A stretch of DNA of 64,000 bases. Origin: Gammaproteobacteria bacterium. Lineage in GTDB: Bacteria > Pseudomonadota > Gammaproteobacteria > Xanthomonadales > SZUA-5. Location of the stretch: the NCBI GenBank assembly GCA_030430155.1, contig JAUIFV010000001.1, forward strand, positions 8,254 through 72,253, read 5' to 3'. Below the pieces are notes generated by a model. It searched no databases and was not told where the DNA came from. It was given only the letters and a program-made list of their open reading frames with translations. A program made the translations under genes and the position numbers. This document shows positions 38,003-46,933 of this stretch, piece by piece; within the stretch, counting starts at the first letter, position 1, and every line of letters starts with the position of its first letter.

Positions 38003-40534
38003 ATGATCGGGGAAACCGCGAGCAAATCCACCTTGTATCTGGCAATCGCAGCAGCGCTGGCTGCCGGCTTGTCGATGAACAGCGCCATCGCGCAGGACAA
38101 CGCCGGCGCCAGCGAAGACGAAGCGCAGCTCATCGATGAGATGGTGGTCACCGGCTCGCGTGCGCGTCCGCGCTCGGTGGCCGACTCGGCGGTGCCGGTG
38201 GATGTGATCTCCGGCGAGGACTTCGTCTATCAGGGCGACACCGATCTGAGCAATCTGATCCGCAACGTGGTGCCCTCCTACAACGTCAACGCGCAGCCGA
38301 TTTCCGACGCCGCCACCATCGTGCGCCCGGCCAATCTGCGCGGCCTGGCCCCCGATCACACCCTGGTGCTGATCAACAACAAACGTCGCCATCGCGCTGC
38401 GGTGATCTACTGGCTGGGTAACGGCGTCGCCGACGGCGCGCAGGGCCCGGATATTTCCGCCATTCCCTCGATCGCGCTGCGCCAAGTCGAAGTGCTGCGC
38501 GACGGCGCCTCGGCGCAGTACGGCTCCGACGCCATTGCCGGGGTGATGAACTTCCTGCTCAAGGATGACAATCAGGGTGCGGTCCTGGAAGCCCGCGCAG
38601 GCAGCTACTACGAAGGTGACGGCGACATGTACACCGTGTCGGGCAACTTCGGTGTGCCGCTGAGCAGCGAAGGCTTCCTCAACCTCAGCTTCGAATACGG
38701 CTCCACCGATCCCACCGATCGCAGCGTGCAGCGCGACGACGCGGCCGCGCTGATTCAGGCCGGCAACAGCGCGGTCGCCGATCCGGCACAGATCTGGGGC
38801 ACCCCGGAAGTGCGTGGCGACTTCAAGTTTTTCGCCAATTTCGGCATCGACGTCACCGACAGCGTCGAGTTCTACGGCCACGGCAACTACGTGCAGAAGG
38901 AAGTCGAAGGCGGCTTCTATTTCCGCAACCCGAACAACCGCGGCGCGGTTTACAGCGCCGACGGTGGACAAACCCTGCTGATCGGCGACCTCACTCCCAA
39001 TGACGGCGTGGGCTGCCCGGTGGTGAGCATCACCAACAACGTGCCCGATCCCACCGCGCTGGCCCAGGTCTTCGCCGATCCCAACTGCTTCTCCTTCCAG
39101 GAGCTGTTCCCCGGCGGCTTCACCCCGCGCTTTGGCGGTGAGCTGGAGGACTACGCCATCGTCGCCGGTTTCCGCGGCGAGTGGGACAACGGCCTGCGCT
39201 GGGATGTGTCGGCCGGCTACGGCTACAACGATGTCGATTTCTTCATCAACAACACGGTCAACGCCTCGCTGGGCCCGAACACGCCGGTCAATTTCGATCC
39301 GGGCGCCTACACCCAGGAGGAGTACAACCTCAATCTGGATCTGTCCTATCCGATCAGCGACACGGTCAACATCGCCGGCGGCGCGGAGTCCCGTGAAGAG
39401 GCCTTTGAGATCACCGTGGGTCAGCCGGAATCCTTTGCCATCGGACCGCTGGCCGCGCAGGGCTTCTCCGCCGCCTCCAACGGCTTCCCGGGCTTTTCCG
39501 ATATCGCGGCGGGCCGTTTCTCCCGTGACAACATCGCCGTCTACGCCGATGTGGAGTGGAATCCGGTTGAACACTGGCTGATCGGCGCGGCGCTGCGCTG
39601 GGAGGACTTCGACGACTTCGGCACCACCACCAACGGCAAGCTGGCGACCAACTACCGGATCAACGATCGCTTCGCTCTGCGCGGCAGCTACAGCACCGGT
39701 TTCCGCGCACCCACACCGGGCCAGTCCAACGCCTTCAACGTCTCCACCGAGTTCGACTTCGTGCTCAACGACCTGGTCAACAACGGCACTATCCCGTCGA
39801 CCAACCCGGTCGCCCTGCTGCGCGGCGGTCAGCCGCTGCAGCCCGAGGAATCGACCAACTTCACTCTGGGCGCGGTGTTCGACGTCGGCTCGGTCAGCGT
39901 CACTATCGACTACTTCAACATCGAGTTGGAAGACCGCATCACCGTCTCGCAGCTGTTCTCGCTGCTGCCGGAGGAAATCGACGATCTGGTGGCCTCCGGC
40001 GTGACCAGCGCGGCCAACCTGCAGAACTTCCGCTTCTTCACCAACGACTTCGATACCGAGACCGACGGCATCGACATCGTCGCCACCTGGAACGGCGATC
40101 TGTTTGGCGGTCAGGCCGAGTACAACCTGGCCTTCAACCACACCAACACCGACGTCACCCGATTCAATCCTGATACGCTGGATGCCACCCGCATCCGCGA
40201 GCTGCAGGAAGGTCTGCCGGAGAACCGGCTGTCGATCACCGGCAACCACTTCTTCGGTGACTGGCGGATCCTGGGTCGGATGAGCTACTACGACAGCTGG
40301 TTCGATTCCGAAGACGGCAACACCTACGGCAGCGAGATCCTGTTCGACGCCGAGGCCGCCTACACCTTCAGCAACAACCTGACCCTGACCATCGGTGCGC
40401 AGAATCTGTTCGACACCTACCCGGATGAGAACCCCGGCGCCCGCGCTGGCGTGGGCAATCGCTACAGTCAGTTTTCGCCCTTCGGGTTCAACGGCGGTTT
40501 CTACTACACCCGGTTGACCTGGACTATCGACTAG
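38003..40534 (+). CDS. TonB-dependent receptor
   Basis: Signal peptide, plug region (EMVVTGSR, VDVISGEDF, IEVLRGPASAQYG-like VEVLRDGASAQYGSDA), and a long beta-barrel. Confidence 0.9.
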   Translation: MIGETASKSTLYLAIAAALAAGLSMNSAIAQDNAGASEDEAQLIDEMVVTGSRARPRSVADSAVPVDVISGEDFVYQGDTDLSNLIRNVVPSYNVNAQPISDAATIVRPANLRGLAPDHTLVLINNKRRHRAAVIYWLGNGVADGAQGPDISAIPSIALRQVEVLRDGASAQYGSDAIAGVMNFLLKDDNQGAVLEARAGSYYEGDGDMYTVSGNFGVPLSSEGFLNLSFEYGSTDPTDRSVQRDDAAALIQAGNSAVADPAQIWGTPEVRGDFKFFANFGIDVTDSVEFYGHGNYVQKEVEGGFYFRNPNNRGAVYSADGGQTLLIGDLTPNDGVGCPVVSITNNVPDPTALAQVFADPNCFSFQELFPGGFTPRFGGELEDYAIVAGFRGEWDNGLRWDVSAGYGYNDVDFFINNTVNASLGPNTPVNFDPGAYTQEEYNLNLDLSYPISDTVNIAGGAESREEAFEITVGQPESFAIGPLAAQGFSAASNGFPGFSDIAAGRFSRDNIAVYADVEWNPVEHWLIGAALRWEDFDDFGTTTNGKLATNYRINDRFALRGSYSTGFRAPTPGQSNAFNVSTEFDFVLNDLVNNGTIPSTNPVALLRGGQPLQPEESTNFTLGAVFDVGSVSVTIDYFNIELEDRITVSQLFSLLPEEIDDLVASGVTSAANLQNFRFFTNDFDTETDGIDIVATWNGDLFGGQAEYNLAFNHTNTDVTRFNPDTLDATRIRELQEGLPENRLSITGNHFFGDWRILGRMSYYDSWFDSEDGNTYGSEILFDAEAAYTFSNNLTLTIGAQNLFDTYPDENPGARAGVGNRYSQFSPFGFNGGFYYTRLTWTID

Positions 40535-40575
40535 CCCTGTACTCACCCCTTGCTGGGGTGAGCGTGACCGACAAG

Positions 40576-40604
40576 CGCCTGCCGCTGCGGCAGGCGTTTG
40601 TTTA
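40576..40604 (+). terminator. rho-independent terminator after the TonB-dependent receptor
   Basis: CGCCTGCC-gctgc-GGCAGGCG followed by TTTGTTTA. Preceded by a second hairpin CTCACCCC/GGGGTGAG at 40542-40562. Confidence 0.6.
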
Positions 40605-40748
40605 TGTGCGCCTACGCACGGAGCTCGGGGGCGGTAACAGGGCGTCTGAGAAACGCGGCCTATAGATCTACATCTGCTTGCCATTGGACGCGCTTGCCGA
40701 GTTGCGGGCGCACCACATCGTGGCGCGCCCGCGAGCGCTCAACGTTCC

Positions 40749-40987
40749 CTAAAAGTAGTGATCGCGCAGCGATCCCTCAAAACGACCGCTGCGCATGCAG
40801 CAGCGTTTGAAATCTGCGCCCGGAACCGCATGGGCATGGGTCTTTGCGACCCAGCTTTTCTACGAGTTCTTTTATGCCACCGACCATTTGCCGGCCCTTC
40901 TTCACCCGCTGCTCGGATGGGAAGCCGCGGCGGCGTTTGCTCATCGGCTCAAAAGGAGTTGGCTAGGTTGGATTTGCGCTTGCGCAT
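40749..40987 (-). pseudogene. frameshifted small SEC-C-motif protein gene
   Basis: Hand translation from ATG 40944 gives [55 protein letters not shown]. Shifting +1 after GSGRRF gives [19 protein letters not shown], restoring CPCGSGxxFKxCC. A 12-codon ORF with a GGAGGT RBS sits just upstream (40949-40987). Confidence 0.4.
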
Positions 40988-41123
40988 GGGGCACCTCCAG
41001 GTTGGCCCGACAAGTTGAATCGGGCGTCTACGCGTCGGGACTATCCCGACGGCGCGCGAAGATTATCGCAATCGCTGCGCGCACGCAGCACGCAGATGGC
41101 CTTATGGTTGGGGCATCGACACA

Positions 41124-42017
41124 ATGAGTCAGTCGCCGATGTTGGCCTCGCCGCTGCAGCGCATGCGCAACCAAACCGTGTACAGCACGCCGCTGGTGCG
41201 CCTGGGTCGCTTTCAGGCCCGGCCCAGCGAGCCGCTGTTCTCGGCGGTCGCCCCGCCCGGGCACTATCTGGTCGCCTTCCCGGAAACGGCACTGGCGATT
41301 ACCTTCGATCGCGGTGGTGAGCACATCGTCGATCCCAACTGGGCGACTTTCTACCATCCTGACGAAATCTATCGGCGTCGGGCGCTGTCGGCCGTCGGTG
41401 ATCGCTGCAACTGGATCTCGGTGGGGCCAGCGCTGCTGGCCGAGTTGCAGCACGGTTTCTGTCCGCGCCGCCCAAGCGCCGAGCCCGAGTTCCGCGCGCC
41501 GGTGGCCAGGGTCGGCGGCGCGCAGTTCCTGGCCCATCGGCGGCTGTTCAGGCGAGCGGCGTCAACCACGCAGAGGGTTGATGCGCTGGAATTGGAAGAG
41601 CGCGCCCTGAATCTGCTGCGTGCCTTGCTGCTCAACCAGGGCGGTGAGCGCGCTGATCAAGCTCGGCTATCGGACGCCAGTCGGCGAGCGGTCAGACGGG
41701 TGCAGGAGCTGATCGCTGGCAGCCTTGATCAGCCACACAGCATCGAGGCACTGGCATTGGAAGTGGGGCTGTCGCCGTTTCATTTGTGCCGCTGCTTTCG
41801 CGCCGCCACTGGCAGTTCGCTGCACGTTTACCGCACGGCGCTGCGCTTGCATCTCGCCATGCAGGCGCTGCCCCACTCGGACGATCTCACTGAGCTGGCC
41901 CTGGATTTGGGCTTTGCCAGCCACAGCCATTTCACTGAGCGCTTCAAAGCCCACTTCGGCTGTACGCCGCGCGCGATGTCGCAGCGCGTAGCCCGGATTG
42001 TTCATGAACGTTCGTAG
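41124..42017 (+). CDS. AraC family transcriptional regulator
   Basis: C-terminal double HTH (SIEALALEVGLSPFHLCRCFR ... LDLGFASHSHFTERFKAHFGCTP). Confidence 0.85.
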   Translation: MSQSPMLASPLQRMRNQTVYSTPLVRLGRFQARPSEPLFSAVAPPGHYLVAFPETALAITFDRGGEHIVDPNWATFYHPDEIYRRRALSAVGDRCNWISVGPALLAELQHGFCPRRPSAEPEFRAPVARVGGAQFLAHRRLFRRAASTTQRVDALELEERALNLLRALLLNQGGERADQARLSDASRRAVRRVQELIAGSLDQPHSIEALALEVGLSPFHLCRCFRAATGSSLHVYRTALRLHLAMQALPHSDDLTELALDLGFASHSHFTERFKAHFGCTPRAMSQRVARIVHERS

Positions 42018-42169
42018 CGAGGGTTTCGCAGGCGTGTTGTGGTGCGGATCGCGGACCGGAGATCGATGAAGGCGTACTCGACAGTATGGCGATTCGATAG
42101 CAGGGAGCAAGCCGCGCCACGGCGCGCCTGCGGAAGCCGCAGTAGAGGGTTTATGAACAATCCGGGCTA
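41989..42169. repeat. 181-bp MITE-like element with ~19-20-bp terminal inverted repeats
   Basis: TAGCCCGGATTGTTCATGAA (41989-42008) versus TTATGAACAATCCGGGCTA (42151-42169). The left end supplies the last codons and stop of the AraC gene. Confidence 0.65.
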
Positions 42170-42259
42170 GCGGCCTGATAGGCGCAAGAATCTGATAGTC
42201 GGCCAAGCTGGGTAAGGGCATCCTGTGGCGTATCTGCATCGGAGTCCCGGAGGCGAACC

Positions 42260-43165
42260 ATGAAACGACTGTTGAAAGCCAGCGTGCTAGGCGCTGGGCT
42301 GATCGTCGGCGCGACGCTGTGCGCTCAGCAGGCCGAACAAACCCTCACCCAGCGCGCCGCCGCCGCCGCAGCCAGTGCCGACTGGCCGCTGGCGCAGCAG
42401 CTGTACACCGAGCTGACCGCTGCCGAAGCCGAAAACGCTGCGGCCTGGCAACAGCTGGGCGTGGCCACGCTGAATTCCGGCGGGGATGGTGACGCCGCCA
42501 TCGCCGCCTTCGAAAAGGCCCGAGAGCTGGGCTTCAACCCTGCCTTCTGCCTCTACGGAATCACCCGCGCCCATGCCCTGGCCGGAGACCGCGAGGCGAT
42601 GCTGCGCAGCCTCACCGAGCTGGCCGATCTGGGCCCGTCGCTGGCGGTGCTCAACGGCCTCAACAACAACACCGCTTTTGCCGAGCTGCGCGAGCAGCCG
42701 GAGTTCCAGGCCCAGCTGCAGCGGCTGACCCCATGCACCAGCGCCAAGTACCGCGAGTTCGACTTCTGGATCGGCCACTGGCAGGTGGTCAACCCGCAAG
42801 AGCAGCCGGTGGGCAGCAACACCATCAGCACCATCCTCGACGGCTGCGCGCTGACCGAAAGCTGGACCTCGGCGCTGGGCGGCAAGGGCTTCAGCATCAA
42901 CTACTACGACAACGCCACCGACAGCTGGACCCAGACCTACCGCGACAACACCGGCGTGATCGCCAACTGGCCCGATCTGCGCGGCGGCCTGCGTGACGGC
43001 GCCATGGTGCTGGAAAACCGCGACAACCCGCAGAGCTACAGCCGCTGGACCTGGACCCGTATCAACGCTGACAAGGTCCGGCAGATGGCCGAGGTCTCCA
43101 GCGATGGTGGCGAGAACTGGCAGGTGGTTTGGGATTCTTACTATTTGCGAGTGACGACTGAGTAG
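42260..43165 (+). CDS. secreted TPR-like / small beta-domain protein
   Basis: Signal peptide. N-terminal helical repeat region. C-terminal FDFWIGHWQV... domain. No firm family. Confidence 0.5.
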   Translation: MKRLLKASVLGAGLIVGATLCAQQAEQTLTQRAAAAAASADWPLAQQLYTELTAAEAENAAAWQQLGVATLNSGGDGDAAIAAFEKARELGFNPAFCLYGITRAHALAGDREAMLRSLTELADLGPSLAVLNGLNNNTAFAELREQPEFQAQLQRLTPCTSAKYREFDFWIGHWQVVNPQEQPVGSNTISTILDGCALTESWTSALGGKGFSINYYDNATDSWTQTYRDNTGVIANWPDLRGGLRDGAMVLENRDNPQSYSRWTWTRINADKVRQMAEVSSDGGENWQVVWDSYYLRVTTE

Positions 43166-43181
43166 CCTGGTGGCGGGTTCC

Positions 43182-43307
43182 GGGGCTCGGGGGTAGTTCC
43201 GAGGGCCCGGGGCATAGGGCCCAGTAGGAGCAAGAAAGGGCTCAGGGCCCAGAAGAGCAGGCACTCGCCGCGATGTCGATTTCTGGGCCCTGAGCCCTGG
43301 GCCCTCG
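43182..43307. repeat. GGGCCCA heptad palindrome (perfect 17-bp stem 43238-43254 / 43281-43297)
   Basis: GGGCTCAGGGCCCAGAA - 26 nt - TTCTGGGCCCTGAGCCC. Upstream is GGCATAGGGCCCAG. Confidence 0.85.
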
Positions 43308-43387
43308 ACCGTTCAGATCCGCGCTCAACTGCCCGTTCGCGGACAGTTGGCACGACGCACGAGCCCCTCGCAGCCGCCCCGTGGCCG

Positions 43388-43403
43388 TGGCACGCTTTCT
43401 GCT
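43388..43403 (+). promoter_or_regulatory. candidate sigma-54 promoter
   Basis: TGGCACGCTTTCTGCT has GG and GC with the canonical spacing of TGGCAC-N5-TTGCW. About 32 nt upstream of ATG 43435. Confidence 0.3.
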
Positions 43404-43434
43404 CCTCATGACCGTCACCGACGGGGAACGGGTC

Positions 43435-45837
43435 ATGGACGCTATCTTGCACGGAGTGTTCGCCACGCTACGCCGACTGCGCCGGCATCCGGGCTATGCG
43501 CTGGGCGTGATTGCCACTTTTGCCCTGGGGATCGCCAGCGTGGTCGCGGTCTGGACCCTGGTTCACGCCGTGCTGCTGCGGCCGCTGGACGTGCCCGGCG
43601 GTGAGCGGGTGCTGTCGATCGTGCGCGAAAACACCAGCGCGGCCAGCCTGGGATTGCCCAATGTGGTCGAGCTGCGCCAGCGCATCGGCAGCCTGGAGGC
43701 GGTCAGCGCGGTGTTTGACGACTTCGCCATGGATCGCACCGATACCGCGCAGCCGCTGCGACTGTCGGCCCAGCTGGTGGAGGCCGACTATTTTCGGGTA
43801 GTTGCCAGCCAGGCGCTGCTCGGCCGGCTGCTGACCGAAGCCGATGACCTGGTCGGCGCTGAGCCGGTGGCGGTGCTGGCCGAAAGCTACTGGCGCCGGG
43901 CCTTTGCCGCCGATACGCAGGTGCTCGGCCGCACTCTCGAGCTGTCCGGGGTCAGCGTGCAGATCGTCGGCGTGGTGGCCGATCGCGCCGACGTGCGCGA
44001 GCGCGGCCCGCAGCTGTGGGCACCGATACCGCCATTCGCACCGTGGGCGCCGCAATCCCCCGGATCGAACAACTTCGAAGTAGTGGCGCGACTGGCCGCC
44101 GATAGCGACCTGGATTCGGCGCGCGAGGAGCTGCGCACCGTGTCGACCCGACTGGCGCAAGCCAACGGCACCCCGCACAAGATTCTCGATGCCCTGCCGC
44201 TGCGCGAGCTGCTCACCGAATCGGCGCGCCCGGGATTGTGGGCGCTGTTGGCCGCGGTGGGCGTGCTGTTGCTGCTGGCGCTGGCCAACGTCTCGGCGCT
44301 GATGCTGGTGCAGGTCAGCCGGCGCCGTGAGGAGCTGGGGGTGCGCTGCGCGCTGGGTGCCGATCGCTCCCGGCTGATCCGGCTGATGCTGGCCGAAGGC
44401 CTGCTGCTGGCCGGGCTGGGCAGCGCGATCGGCGTGGTTCTGGCCCAGCTCATGGTCAGCGGCTTCCAGGCCCAGGCGGGTTGGCCCATACCGCGGCTGG
44501 CCGGCGCCGAGATCGATCAGGGCGTGCTCCTGCTGACCCTGCTGCTGAGCGCCGGCTGCGCACTGCTGTTCAGCGCCTGGCCGGCCTGGCGTGCCAGCCG
44601 ACAGAGCGCCAGCCTGCAGCCGCGCGCCACCAGCGGTCGCGCCGATCAGCGCACCCTGAGCGCGCTGATGGCGGTCGAGGTGGCGCTGGCCTGCGCGCTG
44701 CTTGGGGTCGCCGCGCTGCTCGCGCGCAGCTTTCTGGCCCTCAACGCGGTTCCGCTAGGCTTCGATCCGGCACCGGTGATCAGCGCCGATGTGGTGCTGC
44801 CGGAGGCCCGTTACAGCGAGCGCCAGACGCAGTCGACTGCCTTTGTGCAGATGGTTGAGCATCTCTCCGCCCAACCGGGTGTCGCCGCCGCGGCGATGGT
44901 GGTTGGTCCGCCGCTGAGCAGCACCCAGCGCATCGGTCACGATCTGCTCATCGAAGGTCGCCAGCTGGACAACGGCAACGCCCGCTATCGCCCCTTCGTC
45001 GGCGACTATTTCGGCGCTTTGGGCCTGCCCCTGCTCAGCGGCCGCGGCTATCTGTCCACTGACGGCCGGGGCGAGGCGGTGGCCTGGGTCAACCAGCGCT
45101 TTGTGTCCCGCTACCTGCCCGATAGCGATCCGGTCGGCCAGCGCATCGCCTGGCCGGCCGGTCAGGCCGGACCGTCAGAGCAGCCCCAGTGGATGCGCAT
45201 CGTCGGCGTGGTCGCCGATGTGCGCAGCGACGATCTGCGCGCCGACGAGGTGCCGGCGGTGTACGCCCCCTACCTGCAGCGCGAGGCCAGCTGGATACGC
45301 TTCGGCACCCTGCTGGCACGCGCCGAAGGCGCGCCTATGGATCTGGCCCCGGCGATGCAGCAGGCGCTGTCCAGCGCCGATAGCGCGGTGGCCATCGGCG
45401 AGATCAGCGCCTTGGCTCAGCGCGCCGAGCAGGTCCTGGCCCAGGACCGGGTGCTGCTGCAGCTGGTCGCCGGCTTCGCCGCACTGGCGCTGCTGCTGGG
45501 GCTGCAGGGGGTGATCAGTGTGGTCGCCTTCGCCGCCCAACGCCGGCGCCGCGAGCTGGGCGTGCGCATGGCCCTGGGCGCCACCCCGGGCAGGGCCGCG
45601 GCGGTGCTGCTGCGCCAAACCCTGCTGCAGCTGCTGCTCGGCGTCGGCGCCGGCGTGGCCCTGCTGCTCGCTGCCGAGCGATTGCTCGCCGGCATCGTTT
45701 TCGGGGTGCAGGCCAGTGACCCGCTGGCCTTGGCCCTGGCGGCTGGTGGATTGATCTGCGCTGCGCTGCTGGCGGCGAGCTGGCCTGCCTGGCGCGCGCG
45801 ACGTCAGGAGCTGACCCAGGTGCTGCGCGCGGAGTGA
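43435..45837 (+). CDS. duplicated FtsX/MacB-type ABC transporter permease (ADOP-like), no adjacent ATPase
   Basis: Start trimmed to MDAILHGVFATLRRLRRHPGYA. Two MacB-like periplasmic + FtsX 4-TM halves. ~800 aa. Confidence 0.8.
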   Translation: MDAILHGVFATLRRLRRHPGYALGVIATFALGIASVVAVWTLVHAVLLRPLDVPGGERVLSIVRENTSAASLGLPNVVELRQRIGSLEAVSAVFDDFAMDRTDTAQPLRLSAQLVEADYFRVVASQALLGRLLTEADDLVGAEPVAVLAESYWRRAFAADTQVLGRTLELSGVSVQIVGVVADRADVRERGPQLWAPIPPFAPWAPQSPGSNNFEVVARLAADSDLDSAREELRTVSTRLAQANGTPHKILDALPLRELLTESARPGLWALLAAVGVLLLLALANVSALMLVQVSRRREELGVRCALGADRSRLIRLMLAEGLLLAGLGSAIGVVLAQLMVSGFQAQAGWPIPRLAGAEIDQGVLLLTLLLSAGCALLFSAWPAWRASRQSASLQPRATSGRADQRTLSALMAVEVALACALLGVAALLARSFLALNAVPLGFDPAPVISADVVLPEARYSERQTQSTAFVQMVEHLSAQPGVAAAAMVVGPPLSSTQRIGHDLLIEGRQLDNGNARYRPFVGDYFGALGLPLLSGRGYLSTDGRGEAVAWVNQRFVSRYLPDSDPVGQRIAWPAGQAGPSEQPQWMRIVGVVADVRSDDLRADEVPAVYAPYLQREASWIRFGTLLARAEGAPMDLAPAMQQALSSADSAVAIGEISALAQRAEQVLAQDRVLLQLVAGFAALALLLGLQGVISVVAFAAQRRRRELGVRMALGATPGRAAAVLLRQTLLQLLLGVGAGVALLLAAERLLAGIVFGVQASDPLALALAAGGLICAALLAASWPAWRARRQELTQVLRAE

Positions 45838-45838
45838 A

Positions 45839-45895
45839 CGTTCATGAATAATCCAGGCTAGCTTGGCGGGCACGCTGCGCTTTGCCCACCCTACG
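45839..45895. repeat. solo TIR-like unit plus solo REP-like unit after the permease gene
   Basis: CGTTCATGAATAATCCAGGCTA (45839-45860) and GGCGGGCACGCTGCGCTTTGCCCACCCTACG (45865-45895). Confidence 0.7.
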
Positions 45896-46018
45896 AGGGT
45901 GCAGCCGCCGGCCCCCCACCCATACCGCCATTTCGTCACTGGTCGCTCCGAACCGGCATCGCGTCGCGACACGCTGTTGTCCGCTTCACGTCGGCGGCAA
46001 TCTGCACGGCAACTCGGA

Positions 46019-46888
46019 ATGTCAGGAGCCGCCGTGAACACCTCAACCATCGACCGCAATCCGGCTACGGCGTGGCCGTTGATACCAACGCTGCGGCGAG
46101 CCGCGCCGAAGCTGCTGCAGCACGCAGCGAGCAGCTGGTTCGTGGTCGCGGTGGCCGGACAGCTGCTGTTCGTCATCTACATCATCGGCTTCTACGGCGG
46201 TGCGCTGCTGGCGGGTCGGCCGGAGGACTGGAATCAGGTGCTGCCACACGGCTGGGATCCGGCCAGCCCCTGGGGCAACGCGCTGGTTGCAGCGCATTTG
46301 CTGTTCGCGGTGCTGATCATCCTCGGTGGCGCGCTGCAGTTGGTGCCGCGGATACGCCAGCGCTGGCCCCGACTGCATCACTGGAACGGTCGCATCTATC
46401 TGTCGGCGGCGCTGATCATGAGCGTGGGTGGATTGATCATGCTGTGGACCCGCAATGCGGTCGGCGATCTGCCCCAGCATCTGGCGCTGAGCTTCAACGC
46501 CGTGCTGATCCTGGTCTGCGCCGGCTTTACCCTGCGCTATGCGATTGCGCGCCGCATTGACCAGCATCGGCGCTGGGCCATTCGCTTGTTTCTGGTGGTT
46601 TCCGGAGTCTGGTTCTTCCGCATCGCGCTGATGGGGTGGATCATCGCCAACCAGGGCCCGGTGGGATTTGATCCGCGCAGCTTTACCGGTCCGGCGTTGA
46701 ACCTGATCGGGATCGGCCAGACCCTGCTGCCGCTGGCCGTCGCCGAGCTGTATTTCCGCGCTCAGCGCAGCCGAACGGTCGCCCCCAAGCTGGCCATCGC
46801 CGCGCTGCTGGGAGTGTGCACACTGCTGACCGCGGGTGGCGTGGCCTCGGCCGGCATGGCCATGTGGCTGCCTCGGCTGACCTCCTAG
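46019..46888 (+). CDS. DUF2306-like integral membrane protein
   Basis: Start trimmed to MSGAAVNTST (upstream codons translate a REP unit). Multi-TM, with AHLLFAVLIILGGALQLVP...HHWNGRIY. Confidence 0.55.
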   Translation: MSGAAVNTSTIDRNPATAWPLIPTLRRAAPKLLQHAASSWFVVAVAGQLLFVIYIIGFYGGALLAGRPEDWNQVLPHGWDPASPWGNALVAAHLLFAVLIILGGALQLVPRIRQRWPRLHHWNGRIYLSAALIMSVGGLIMLWTRNAVGDLPQHLALSFNAVLILVCAGFTLRYAIARRIDQHRRWAIRLFLVVSGVWFFRIALMGWIIANQGPVGFDPRSFTGPALNLIGIGQTLLPLAVAELYFRAQRSRTVAPKLAIAALLGVCTLLTAGGVASAGMAMWLPRLTS

Positions 46889-46933
46889 ATGCTTCAGCAT
46901 GGCTTTGCCCAGCCCTTGAGGCATCATTGACCG

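Noticed and set aside
37970-40684. 904-aa minus-strand ORF covering the whole TonB-dependent receptor gene
   Set aside because: Its translation is V/G/A/D/R-rich low-complexity sequence typical of the antisense frame of a high-GC gene. The plus-strand ORF has a signal peptide, plug and barrel features.
40795-41127. 110-aa plus-strand ORF between the receptor and AraC
   Set aside because: It has no RBS or recognisable motifs. It overlaps the SEC-C remnant on the other strand, which has a real motif.
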